Shown here: positions 41,713-50,530 of the stretch, in pieces | How the letters are laid out: each line of letters opens with the position of its first letter | Numbering within the stretch: the stretch's first letter is position 1 | Source of the DNA: a virus | Strand: one strand, 5' to 3' | Length of the DNA stretch: 64,000 nt | Virus record (IMG/VR): IMGVR_UViG_3300025646_000028 | Coordinates: 1 to 64,000 of that record | Program-made: the position numbers and the translations under genes | Notes under the pieces: generated by a model | What the model was told of the DNA's origin: nothing | Databases searched by the model: none | The model's input: the letters and a program-made list of their open reading frames with translations, nothing else

Positions 41713-41749
41713 AATATACCACAAACACACTGTGTGTTTTTGGTGTAAA
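41713..41749 (-). promoter_or_regulatory. MCP promoter (TGGTATATT) with adjacent palindrome AAACACAC-A-GTGTGTTT
   Basis: Extended -10 downstream of a terminator; perfect 8-bp inverted repeat at 41723-41739. Confidence 0.6.
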
Positions 41750-41774
41750 GCAAGGATCTTAACACTTGATAAAT

Positions 41775-41801
41775 AAAAAAGCACGGTATTACCGTACTTT
41801 T
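41775..41801 (-). terminator. Intrinsic terminator after the small basic protein cluster
   Basis: GTACGGT-AAT-ACCGTGC followed by TTTTTT on the minus strand. Confidence 0.75.
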
Positions 41802-41822
41802 CTAGTTTAAACTTTTACAGTT

Positions 41823-42002
41823 TTATTTCTTAAATCCACGCAGGGTTATAGCAAATCTAGCACGTTGACCAAGTTTACCTGGCTTTTTAGCAGCGGCGCG
41901 TAGCTTAGACATGGGAATTTTTTCATCTTTACCTACACCTAAAGAACGTTTAAGTGATCCGGGTTTCTTGATAGCTTTTTGAATCCAATTCTTTTTAGCC
42001 AT
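41823..42002 (-). CDS. Small basic protein (59 aa, MAKKNWIQKAIKKPG...)
   Basis: Lys/Arg-rich; start moved to ATG 42002, overlapping the previous gene end. Confidence 0.75.
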   Translation of the reverse strand: MAKKNWIQKAIKKPGSLKRSLGVGKDEKIPMSKLRAAAKKPGKLGQRARFAITLRGFKK

Positions 42003-42237
42003 TGCGATACTTTCTAACTTTCTTAGCAATGCTACTTGGCTGACGTACAAACTGTTTGCCTGCACGCGTACCTTTTGCTTTTGCTCTATTTGTTGCAGCT
42101 CGTTCAGCCGAACTTAAAGCAGCCCACGCTTTATCAGGTAGATATCTTTTCTTACCTTTTGATGGAGATCCATCAGATGTGCGCCACTTTTGTTTAGTCC
42201 AGCGATCAAGCGACTTTTGACTTTCTCTTTTTGCCAT
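41995..42237 (-). CDS. Small basic protein (80 aa, SQKSLDRWTKQKWRT...RYLP), DUF5872-like
   Basis: Recognisable pattern from aquatic phage genomes; Lys/Arg-rich. Confidence 0.75.
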   Translation of the reverse strand: MAKRESQKSLDRWTKQKWRTSDGSPSKGKKRYLPDKAWAALSSAERAATNRAKAKGTRAGKQFVRQPSSIAKKVRKYRNG

Positions 42238-42301
42238 ACTTCTTTGGTGTCCATGTGCCTGATAACGCTGTACCCTTACGCATTAAAGGTACACGTTTCA
42301 T
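42206..42301 (-). CDS. Tiny basic peptide (31 aa, MKRVPLMRKGTALSGTWTPKKYGKKRKSKVA), not in ORF track
   Basis: TAATG coupling with the upstream peptide; AAAGGA upstream. Confidence 0.5.
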   Translation of the reverse strand: MKRVPLMRKGTALSGTWTPKKYGKKRKSKVA

Positions 42302-42402
42302 TAGTACATGCGTCCTTTAGCCATTTTGCCTTTAGCCATTTTCTTGCCTTTGGCCATTTTACCCATAGCTTTTTTAGCCATGCCTTTTTTCTTCATCATC
42401 AT
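42301..42402 (-). CDS. Tiny Met/Lys/Gly/Ala repeat peptide (33 aa, MMMKKKGMAKKAMGKMAKGKKMAKGKMAKGRMY), not in ORF track
   Basis: AGGAGGAGG RBS, ATGA overlap with the upstream gene, MAKG repeats. Confidence 0.65.
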   Translation of the reverse strand: MMMKKKGMAKKAMGKMAKGKKMAKGKMAKGRMY

Positions 42403-42539
42403 CGTTTACCACCTCCTCCTGGTTTCTTTGTTGTAACGATCTTGCTTGCACTACTGTGCTTAGCGCCTGTATGAATTTGTCCGTTCATACGGTGGACTTT
42501 GCCGGTATACTTCTTACCGCTTTTTAAATAGTACGTCAT
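42399..42539 (-). CDS. Small basic His-containing protein (46 aa, MTYYLKSGKKYTGKVHRMNGQIHTGAKHS...), not in ORF track
   Basis: ATGA overlap with the upstream gene; AAAGGAGG upstream. Confidence 0.65.
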   Translation of the reverse strand: MTYYLKSGKKYTGKVHRMNGQIHTGAKHSSASKIVTTKKPGGGGKR

Positions 42540-42718
42540 CGGTATCCGCCTCCTTTAGCTTTGTATTCTCTCGCTAGCAATTGTGCTTTGCGAGCCGACC
42601 ACTGATTAGGATTACCACCTTTACCACCACGTTTTATTTTATCAAATAAATTTTTACGTAGTGTAGGTTTTGTATAATTTGCTGCTTTATTTACAGTTGA
42701 CTTCTTTTTCATCACCAC
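42536..42718 (-). CDS. Small basic protein (NYTKPTLRK...GGNPNQWSARKAQLLAREYKAKGGGYR), DUF5872-like
   Basis: Characteristic WSARKAQ...YKxxGGGY motif; start may be a few nucleotides downstream. Confidence 0.75.
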   Translation of the reverse strand: MVMKKKSTVNKAANYTKPTLRKNLFDKIKRGGKGGNPNQWSARKAQLLAREYKAKGGGYR

Positions 42719-42990
42719 TTAACCTTGTCTGCCCAGTAAGCTGCGGACATCTTACCTTTCGCAATATTCTTTGCATGACGCGCTTTAAAGGACTCACGTC
42801 GTTTACGATAGCTAGCAGACTCACCTGATTTTTTAGGTGAACCTTTTACACCTTGTTGTCCAAAGCGTATCGTTTTTACTTGATCACCAGACTTTGCAAC
42901 AACCACGTGTGACTTTGTAGGATGGTTAGGTGTACGTTTGGGTTTGTTATAACCTGACACACCGATTCGTTTTAATGTAGCTTTACTCAT
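42712..42990 (-). CDS. Small basic protein (GYNKPKRTP...IRFGQQG...FKARH...SAAYWADKVKW)
   Basis: Recognisable family in aquatic phages; GAGG RBS. Confidence 0.75.
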   Translation of the reverse strand: MSKATLKRIGVSGYNKPKRTPNHPTKSHVVVAKSGDQVKTIRFGQQGVKGSPKKSGESASYRKRRESFKARHAKNIAKGKMSAAYWADKVKW

Positions 42991-43178
42991 TGATAATACC
43001 TCTCTTCTTCTTCTTCAAAATGTTCGATAAACATTTCATGGTTCATGTAATATTTTCTACCATCTAAAAGAAATATAGTGTATAAATTATCCCCGGTTTC
43101 TTCAACAGAAACAATCGCATCGGGATTTAATAACACCATGCGTTTACTACTACCATTAAGAATTTCAATCTTGATCAT
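42987..43178 (-). CDS. Hypothetical protein (63 aa), probably leaderless
   Basis: TGGTATAAT ends 6 nt before the ATG; no RBS. Confidence 0.65.
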   Translation of the reverse strand: MIKIEILNGSSKRMVLLNPDAIVSVEETGDNLYTIFLLDGRKYYMNHEMFIEHFEEEEERYYQ

Positions 43179-43450
43179 AAATTTATTATACCACGTTTTC
43201 TTTTAAGCAAAACATTCTTGACAAATACTGCAATGATTACGTTTAAGATCCAGAACGGTGTAACAGGTAGCATCATAAAAGTCCAAATGCTGCCAGCAAC
43301 AATATAACCACGATTATCTTTAAGAATAAAGCCATAAATTAATGGCACCGCCCATGGGAGCGACGTTAGTACATTGGCTACAATCCACCCAATCCATCCT
43401 TCTGCAGTCAAAAATAATTCTTTGAGCTGCTGTTTTAGTTTGTTGATCAT
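43175..43450 (-). CDS. Small membrane protein (holin-like)
   Basis: Two hydrophobic stretches and a basic C-terminus. Confidence 0.6.
   Translation of the reverse strand: MINKLKQQLKELFLTAEGWIGWIVANVLTSLPWAVPLIYGFILKDNRGYIVAGSIWTFMMLPVTPFWILNVIIAVFVKNVLLKRKRGIINL
43185..43193 (-). promoter_or_regulatory. Extended -10 promoter TGGTATAAT driving the small-protein operon
   Basis: Perfect TGnTATAAT inside the 3' end of the upstream gene. Confidence 0.55.
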
Positions 43451-43650
43451 ATTTTATTGCCATCATCATCATATTCAGGAGGAGGTACTTCTTTTATTTT
43501 TCCATTTTCATATACAAAAATATCTACACCCATACTAAACTTTTCTTTAGTCACTTCTTTTTCAATGGTTTCGCAACCTTCTTCTTCTTCGTAAGGATAA
43601 CGACTCATTCCAGTTATCTCATTGTTTTTAATTCTAAAATATGCAATCAT
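43447..43650 (-). CDS. Small protein after tail fibre (possible fibre assembly chaperone)
   Basis: AGGAG RBS, position after the fibre gene, FVYENGKI motif. Confidence 0.55.
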   Translation of the reverse strand: MIAYFRIKNNEITGMSRYPYEEEEGCETIEKEVTKEKFSMGVDIFVYENGKIKEVPPPEYDDDGNKI

Positions 43651-43659
43651 ATATTACTC

Positions 43660-46600
43660 CTATTTTAAGTTATACAAACGGTATCCAATCGTTACCGTTG
43701 GTCCGGTGTGTCGTATATAAAAAGTAGTACCGCTATAATAATATTGGAAAGTAATTGTCAATGCAGACGAACCGTTGAACCAGGTGGCGCGGTAATATCT
43801 AGCAGACGTGCTTAAACTATAACTATTTTCCATAGTAACCATAAACTTTGCTATTTGATAAACACCTGTAGTTCCATCTTGTTGTGCTTCAATATAAAAG
43901 TTTCTCATGCCACTTGTAAATGCAATACTTCCATAGTTATTTACAGATTGTGATGTAGACCCTACTTCTTCTAGTGGTTCAACCCATACAGGTGCGCCGG
44001 ATCCAGAACTTCTTAAGGTTTGGTAAGCACTACCAGCACTTGTAGGTGCATAGATTGTAGTAGCTCTTGATTGTGAAGATCCATTAACAGCAACAAGACC
44101 ATAATAAATATCTCGTTCAGTAGGCAAGCTAGTGCCAGTACCAATCGCTGCGTTGCTTGTGCTATCAATAACACCATAAGCAGCCGCTGCACCGCTGTCT
44201 GTAATGTTTGCTAATGTATGCGTGTGAGATGAAGCTGCAAATGCAGAGGCATGTTGTCCGTCTAATAAATCAGCGTCTAAACCAGAAGATGCGCCGTCAT
44301 TACCTGCGTCCCAAATTTTATATGTAGAAGTAAAATACCCACGGTAAAGATCTTGTACTTGACCTCTTAAATAAGGCCCATTATAAGTTTGAGCTGTATT
44401 AAAAGTAAGATTTCCACTGGTCGTTCCAGAAGATAAAGCAATTGAGTTTGACGTAGATAAACTAACATTACCTGTTAATGTTGGATTTGTAAACATGGTT
44501 GCTTTAGACTCATTTGTTACATTACCAAGACCTACCATGGATGCAGTTACACCTGATACAGTACCTGTAAATGTAGGATTACTAAACATTGTAGCTTTAG
44601 ATTCGTTCGTTACATTACCAAGACCTACCATGGATGCAGTTACACCGGAAACAGTTCCTGTAAAGGTAGGACTAGTAAACATAGTTGCTTTGGATTCGTT
44701 TGTAACATTGCCTAGTCCTACATCAGTAGCAGTTGGTTTATTACCTGTGTGATAAATTGGATAATATGTATCAGTAATATAATCTCTAACAGCACTTAAC
44801 TTATCATCATAGTCAGCAATACCCCAAGCACCGGAAGTATCATTACCACCACTAGAAGGATTCGCAATAAATCTTGGCGCATATATATCACTACTAAATG
44901 TTTTAACACCAGCAACGGTTTGGTTACCTGTAAGTTTAACCACAGCATTATCATTTGCTTTTGCATTTAAAGCATTTGTAACAGTAGAAGCAAAGTTTGC
45001 ATCATCGCCTAACGCAGCAGCAAGTTCATCAAGCGTATCTAATGCACCAGGTGCAGCGTTGATTAAGTTTGCAACAGCCGTTGATACAAATGCAGTCGTT
45101 GCAATCTGTGTTGTATTTGTTCCAGCTGTAGCAGTAGGTGCGGTAGGAGTACCTGTTAATGCTGGACTTGCAATAGGTGCATAGTATGATCCATGTTGAC
45201 CATCAAGCAAATCTGCATCTAATCCTGAACCACTACCATCGCTCCCACTATGCCACACTTCTTGAAGACTACTCCAAGTGTTATTGGCGCCATGTGAGTT
45301 TTTAAAAAACAGTCTATTATCTTCTCCTGTGCTGGAATAACCTATAAGTTGCCATACAGCGTAACCATCTGCCCAACCTTTCATTGTTAAAGCAGACCAC
45401 CAAGCACCATTTATGTCATCAGTAAATTCTGCACTAACTCTACCGTCATCATAATCGTTTGGCAGTTTTAAAGCGGCTCGAGTATCTTCAATATCTAAAT
45501 GATATGCTTCAGCCGCAGTTCCACTTGTTGAAAGTTTACCATCAAGACTTGTTTGTAAGTTTGTTACATCACTAATCGCGTGCGTGTGACCTGCTACAGA
45601 AACACGATTGTTTAATTCGTAAATATAACCTGTGGTATTGTCAATACGAGTTGTAGGATTGCTGTAACTTTCAATATCACCTGCTACTGCAAGTGATTTA
45701 TTCATATAGAACGAAGCCCTATCCGTTTCCATATGGAACCACGCTCCGTTTTTTGGTCCTAAATCACCATACCCATTAGATGTAGTAATACGAACACTAT
45801 CATTTCCACCTTCTGAAATTTTGGTTGAACTATCGTTAATATGGATTTCTCCATCAACTTCTACGTTACCTGCAACGTGTAGTTTTTGTGATGGTGTTGT
45901 TTCTCCAATCCCAACTTTTCCGTCTTCGGTAATACGCATTCTTTCTGCCGGTGTCGGTGCTGTAGTTACATCTGTTGTGGAAAATCTTAATTCACTACTA
46001 CCATCATTAGAAGCTGTTCTTATACCTTCAATTTTTGCATTATAATTTGTTTCTGTTGCCGAAGCCGATGTTCCAAATATAATACCTGCACCACCACCAA
46101 GAGTGCTTGTTCCTGTTGTGTCCATAAAAATATGGTAAGGTGATGATGTCATTGATTGTGAAAGAGTTAAAAACGAACTCGGTGTCGTAGTTCCAATACC
46201 AACTCGATTGTCAGCATCAATAACCATTTGTGTTCCGTCTTTGTTTCTAAATTGTAAACCGTCATCTCCAAATGCACCAATGCCACCAATAGTTCCATTG
46301 TTATTTTCAAATTGAACGATTGAACCAGAGCCTGTTGTTCCTCTATCTAATATAAAAGAAGAAAATGAACTACTTTCAATGCGTAAGTCACCAGTCATCG
46401 TCCCGCCACTTAAAGGTAAGTAATTAGCAAAGCGTGCGTCACTATTATTAATGATTGTAAATTCCCAAGTATGAACTGAAGAAGGATAGCTATAACCTGT
46501 TAGTAATAACATATCACCCGCTTCTAAATTAATTGGAACTGTATTATCTCCTTCATCTCCAGGTGCTTTAATTGTAAAAGCATGTCCAGACAAAGTATTT

Positions 46601-47619
46601 CCCGCGACAAGCGTCATGTCTTCTGAAGCAACCCAACCTCTTCCTATTTCTTCTTCGGGTTCGCTTGAAGAAATACCAGCACTACCTCCATAAAGCCACC
46701 CTTGCGTAATGCCATACATGATATTGAACATGTTATTAAGAGTAGAATTATTTAAAGTTCCACTAATTCTAATACCACCGCGAATCCACGATCCTAATTG
46801 TGAAGAAGGAATAAAACCTGCAGCATCAAGCGTAGCTACACCGTTTGCTGCACCTTTTTGTGTTAAAGGAATTTTAGCATCAAGTGTTGTTTGTAAGTTT
46901 GTTACGTCACTGATTGCGTGATCATGAGACGCTGCAGCGTAACTTCCAGCTGCTTGTGCACCAATTTCTGCCAAACTCCAAGACACATTACCCGAACCAT
47001 TAACTGATTTACCAGTGCTTCCAATTGTAATTGTTCTTGCTGTTGTCCAAGTATCTGCGTTAGGGTGATAGTTATCTGTAAATACCCTAACCCAACCACT
47101 CCAAGATGTATAGTAAGTTCTTACATACACTTTTGGATCCGTGCTATAAGTTGTATATGTTTGTGTTACAAGTCCTGCTGACTTTTGAACAAGCAAACTA
47201 CCCGCTTCTCCACTTGGATAGTTGTTACCTGTTGTATCTGCGTTTGCTGTTTGATAGTAAAACCCTGCTGTTGTAATGTCATTTAAGTTTTGTGCTGATG
47301 TCAGTTCAATAGCAGTGTTGGGTGAGTAAGCAGATGCAATAGCAACAGTTGTTGCTCCAACAGAAATACCTGTGCCACCACCTACAGTAAGTGTAACATC
47401 GCCAGAAGTGCCACCACCTGTTAAACCATTTCCCGCTGTTACACCTGTGATGTCACCTGTCGCAGAACTTGGTACAGCCCATGTCCCATCTCCACGAAGA
47501 AAAGTGGTACCGCTAGGAGTACCTGTAGCAACAATGCTTGATACATTTACTTCAGGATAGTCTTGTACCCACGCACCATTACCGCTATTAGCAGTCGGAT
47601 CCCATTTTTTAACTTTCAT
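43660..47619 (-). CDS. Long modular tail fibre / receptor-binding protein (1319 aa)
   Basis: Knob-like NLNDITTAGFYY...WSGW; HxHAISDVTNLQ x2; VGIGTTTP; GLDADLLDG x2; SPALTGTPTAPT...QIATTAFV; APGALDTLDELAAALGDD. Confidence 0.9.
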   Translation of the reverse strand: MKVKKWDPTANSGNGAWVQDYPEVNVSSIVATGTPSGTTFLRGDGTWAVPSSATGDITGVTAGNGLTGGGTSGDVTLTVGGGTGISVGATTVAIASAYSPNTAIELTSAQNLNDITTAGFYYQTANADTTGNNYPSGEAGSLLVQKSAGLVTQTYTTYSTDPKVYVRTYYTSWSGWVRVFTDNYHPNADTWTTARTITIGSTGKSVNGSGNVSWSLAEIGAQAAGSYAAASHDHAISDVTNLQTTLDAKIPLTQKGAANGVATLDAAGFIPSSQLGSWIRGGIRISGTLNNSTLNNMFNIMYGITQGWLYGGSAGISSSEPEEEIGRGWVASEDMTLVAGNTLSGHAFTIKAPGDEGDNTVPINLEAGDMLLLTGYSYPSSVHTWEFTIINNSDARFANYLPLSGGTMTGDLRIESSSFSSFILDRGTTGSGSIVQFENNNGTIGGIGAFGDDGLQFRNKDGTQMVIDADNRVGIGTTTPSSFLTLSQSMTSSPYHIFMDTTGTSTLGGGAGIIFGTSASATETNYNAKIEGIRTASNDGSSELRFSTTDVTTAPTPAERMRITEDGKVGIGETTPSQKLHVAGNVEVDGEIHINDSSTKISEGGNDSVRITTSNGYGDLGPKNGAWFHMETDRASFYMNKSLAVAGDIESYSNPTTRIDNTTGYIYELNNRVSVAGHTHAISDVTNLQTSLDGKLSTSGTAAEAYHLDIEDTRAALKLPNDYDDGRVSAEFTDDINGAWWSALTMKGWADGYAVWQLIGYSSTGEDNRLFFKNSHGANNTWSSLQEVWHSGSDGSGSGLDADLLDGQHGSYYAPIASPALTGTPTAPTATAGTNTTQIATTAFVSTAVANLINAAPGALDTLDELAAALGDDANFASTVTNALNAKANDNAVVKLTGNQTVAGVKTFSSDIYAPRFIANPSSGGNDTSGAWGIADYDDKLSAVRDYITDTYYPIYHTGNKPTATDVGLGNVTNESKATMFTSPTFTGTVSGVTASMVGLGNVTNESKATMFSNPTFTGTVSGVTASMVGLGNVTNESKATMFTNPTLTGNVSLSTSNSIALSSGTTSGNLTFNTAQTYNGPYLRGQVQDLYRGYFTSTYKIWDAGNDGASSGLDADLLDGQHASAFAASSHTHTLANITDSGAAAAYGVIDSTSNAAIGTGTSLPTERDIYYGLVAVNGSSQSRATTIYAPTSAGSAYQTLRSSGSGAPVWVEPLEEVGSTSQSVNNYGSIAFTSGMRNFYIEAQQDGTTGVYQIAKFMVTMENSYSLSTSARYYRATWFNGSSALTITFQYYYSGTTFYIRHTGPTVTIGYRLYNLK
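44470..44722 (-). repeat. About 2.7 copies of a 93-bp (31-aa) tandem repeat in the tail fibre
   Basis: VGLGNVTNESKATMF(T/S)xPTFTGTVSGVTASM repeated with synonymous differences. Confidence 0.85.
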
Positions 47620-47639
47620 AGGGTATCACCTACCCTACA

Positions 47640-48791
47640 TTAATTAAGATCAAACCAAATGTTGTTTGCGACTTGATAAGACGTTGAAGGAGTAGTTGTA
47701 CCAGAAATAAATGGTTGTGTCATTTTTAAACCATCTGCTTCTTGTGTTAAACCAACACCAGCAGCAACACTAAAAGTTGTTCCTGATAAACCAATACCAT
47801 TCCCGTCTGTGTAGGTTGTATCTGTAACTGTTTCAGTACCAGATGAAATAGCAGTAATGTGTCCAAATTCATCTAATGTAATACCTTGAATGTATGTACG
47901 ACCACTGTTAGAAACAGAGGCTTGTGAAGATGTATCAGCGTGTTTAAACGTAATAACATCACTTGCTTGTTGAATTGTTAAACCAGCTGTATTACTAGTT
48001 CCGGTTGTACCAACAGCTAACGTAATATCGTCTGTACCACTGCCAGATCCTCCAGCAGTTAAACGAATAAACGCTTCATCAGATTCTTGGCTAGCTTCTG
48101 TACTGATTGAATACGTAACAGGAAGCGCCCATGTAGCATCTCCGCGTAAAAAATAACTTTGTTGACCAGCTGCTGCGCCAGGAACAATACCCGCTGTACC
48201 TGCTGCATTACTTGTAGCACCTGTAAACACTTCAAATGAGTTGTTAATAACAGAAGCTGTAAACAACCAAGGAGTACTCTCAGTTCCATTACCTTCAACT
48301 TTTTCAATTACGAACCAATCCCCTACTTCAAGTGTACCTGAAGAAGCATTGGCAGTTGTATTTGTACCACCGTCTTGAGGTTTAAATTGTAATGTAGCGT
48401 ATTCGCCATCGCCTGGATCACCTTCAGCAATAAAGTTTTCTGGAATACCAGTTAAAGCACTAATGGTTCCCGCAGAAGTTATAACCCAGTAATACCCAAC
48501 AACACTTCTTCCTGCAGCATCGGCTTCATATAATTTTGTAATTAAGTCTGAAGCAAGAACACCTCTTGATTGGGCTGAACCAATAGTACCAATTGTACTA
48601 CCTGCAAAAAATAGACTGTCAAATACACTGTCAGGTAAATATGCAGGTAAAATTTTAGGTGAACTTGTTCCACCACCAAAAATACTGACAAGAGTTCCAG
48701 CTCCTACATTAACTACAATGTCTGCAGCGTTTACTTTAGGGCTTTGTGCAACCCATTGGCTAGTACCGCCATCCCATTTTTTAATAATCAT
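47640..48791 (-). CDS. Tail fibre segment protein (383 aa)
   Basis: Gly/Thr-rich; GIVPG...FLRGDATW, ITLDEFGHIT and YTDGNGIGLSGTTFS fibre motifs. Confidence 0.8.
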   Translation of the reverse strand: MIIKKWDGGTSQWVAQSPKVNAADIVVNVGAGTLVSIFGGGTSSPKILPAYLPDSVFDSLFFAGSTIGTIGSAQSRGVLASDLITKLYEADAAGRSVVGYYWVITSAGTISALTGIPENFIAEGDPGDGEYATLQFKPQDGGTNTTANASSGTLEVGDWFVIEKVEGNGTESTPWLFTASVINNSFEVFTGATSNAAGTAGIVPGAAAGQQSYFLRGDATWALPVTYSISTEASQESDEAFIRLTAGGSGSGTDDITLAVGTTGTSNTAGLTIQQASDVITFKHADTSSQASVSNSGRTYIQGITLDEFGHITAISSGTETVTDTTYTDGNGIGLSGTTFSVAAGVGLTQEADGLKMTQPFISGTTTPSTSYQVANNIWFDLN

Positions 48792-49195
48792 TCTTTGTTT
48801 TCTCCTTCGCCGTTAAAGGCTTTTATTTTAATTTGCATTAATTCTTGTGTTCGCAAATTATTTCTTAATAACATCTGATGTAATGATACCATATCTTCTG
48901 AACTTTTAATATATTCATCAAAAAGTTTAGCAAGATCATTAAACTTAGAACTAAGTAATTCATATTGTTTAATTTTTGTATCTAATGCCATTTGAACATC
49001 TTTTAACTTTACTTCATGTTCTTTTTGAATTCTAATAATTTCTTTATCTTTATCAAAGATAGTCTGTGTTTTTTCGTCACGTTCTTTAATAATTTGTTTT
49101 AGATTACTTTCACAAGTAGCGCAATTACTACATACATTATCTGTAAGTAATACACCTTGATCTAATGTTTCTACTGTTTGTTTTTTATTTGCCAT
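48788..49195 (-). CDS. Coiled-coil protein (135 aa) with CxxCxxC
   Basis: Heptad-like composition; own extended -10 promoter. Confidence 0.65.
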   Translation of the reverse strand: MANKKQTVETLDQGVLLTDNVCSNCATCESNLKQIIKERDEKTQTIFDKDKEIIRIQKEHEVKLKDVQMALDTKIKQYELLSSKFNDLAKLFDEYIKSSEDMVSLHQMLLRNNLRTQELMQIKIKAFNGEGENKE

Positions 49196-49212
49196 ATTGT
49201 TTTCCTTTTTTT

Positions 49213-49221
49213 ATTATAACA
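49213..49221 (-). promoter_or_regulatory. Extended -10 promoter TGTTATAAT
   Basis: Intergenic, upstream of an AAAGGA RBS; TTGACA is present but only 14 nt away. Confidence 0.55.
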
Positions 49222-49227
49222 TAAGTT

Positions 49228-50055
49228 TTAAATGTCAAACCACAAATCATTTGATTCATTATTAGTTGGTTCAGTTTCTGAAACAACAACTTTATTAGCC
49301 GTAATATTTTTAAAATGTTTACTAGTACTATCATAACGTAAGAAATCACCATCTTGTGCGTTAACAATATTAAAGTCATGTGAGTTACCAATCGTAGGAC
49401 GCACTAACATAACGCCGTTAGCAGCATTACCTGTACTAGCTTTTTCAATAACAGCCATTAATATACGAGAACCAACAGCAGGTTCAGTTGTTGTATAAGT
49501 ACCAGGAGTTTGACCGACCCAAAGTAACTTACCTTCTTCAATATTTTCATCGTTTTCTTTTAATTCAAGATCTTGAACAGTACCAAACCAACGTACATAG
49601 CCAAAGTCTCCTTGTGCCATAGTCGATTCAGCGACACCCATAATATATTCAGGAATAAATCCTTCACTATTAACGTCAGCTTTTTTAAATAAAATGTGAT
49701 CACCTTGCGCACCACCGAACATAATAAAGTCACCTTTAGTAATGGCTTCATCAGCTTTACCGTAAAAGTTTGTCTTAAGTGTAGCACCGTCTTTAATTTC
49801 TTCGATTTGTGCAAGGATATCGTAAATAATGCCTTCGTCTACAAACTCTTGAAGATCAGAAGTATTAGCTTCCCATATACCAAACAAAGCACGATGAAGT
49901 TTTTCTAAGTATTCTACGGTTAAATTAGTTTGTGTTTTTAAAGTATTAACAACATTGTTCCATTCTTGGATCGTCAAACTATTAGCAGCTTGTTTAAGTT
50001 GCTGCACAATACCGTTGCGTACTAGTAAAGGTTTCTTTTCTAAGAATACTGCCAT
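49228..50055 (-). CDS. Tail/fibre-associated structural protein (275 aa)
   Basis: GDFLRYDSTS and terminal VVSETEPT...DLWFDI fibre-type motifs. Confidence 0.7.
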   Translation of the reverse strand: MAVFLEKKPLLVRNGIVQQLKQAANSLTIQEWNNVVNTLKTQTNLTVEYLEKLHRALFGIWEANTSDLQEFVDEGIIYDILAQIEEIKDGATLKTNFYGKADEAITKGDFIMFGGAQGDHILFKKADVNSEGFIPEYIMGVAESTMAQGDFGYVRWFGTVQDLELKENDENIEEGKLLWVGQTPGTYTTTEPAVGSRILMAVIEKASTGNAANGVMLVRPTIGNSHDFNIVNAQDGDFLRYDSTSKHFKNITANKVVVSETEPTNNESNDLWFDI

Positions 50056-50528
50056 TATTTATTCACAACTCCTAACACGTAACCTTTAGAAATAAGATAC
50101 AATTCTTTGTACTTAAGGTGGAACGCTTCAAAGATACTGGCGATAGACATACTTCCAAACAATACTAATACTGTTTCAAAGTACGCAGCAAATTTAACTT
50201 CGATTGATTGTTCAATTACATACTTTAGGCTAAGCCCTAATGTAATTAACACAATAAACAAAATTAATTTAGGGACTGCTTTCATAAGTCCTTTATAAAA
50301 ACTAGGTTCCCATGTACTGACCCATCGAGGTAAGTCCGAAGATAACTTAAGTACACCTAAGATACCTACAATTAATACTGGCATTACAATTTTGCTAGAC
50401 ATAGAGTCTTGCGTAAAGCCTAACTTAATTGCAAAGTAAGTAAAAGGAAAAGCATACCCGATCGCAAATGCAATCCAGTAATACATGTTCTTTAACTTTC
50501 GGTAATCTTGATTAACTTTTCGTTTCAT
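50055..50528 (-). CDS. Integral membrane protein (about 4 TM helices)
   Basis: Four long hydrophobic segments. Confidence 0.7.
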   Translation of the reverse strand: MKRKVNQDYRKLKNMYYWIAFAIGYAFPFTYFAIKLGFTQDSMSSKIVMPVLIVGILGVLKLSSDLPRWVSTWEPSFYKGLMKAVPKLILFIVLITLGLSLKYVIEQSIEVKFAAYFETVLVLFGSMSIASIFEAFHLKYKELYLISKGYVLGVVNK

Positions 50529-50530
50529 TT

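Noticed and set aside
42190-42474. 94-aa + strand ORF with SHF repeats
   Set aside because: It is the antisense reading of the MAKG-repeat peptide and neighbours, which have RBSs and coupled stops/starts on the minus strand
47620-47642. In-frame readthrough fusing the two tail-fibre genes
   Set aside because: The gap is 20 nt (out of frame) and no slippery sequence is evident; translational coupling explains it better
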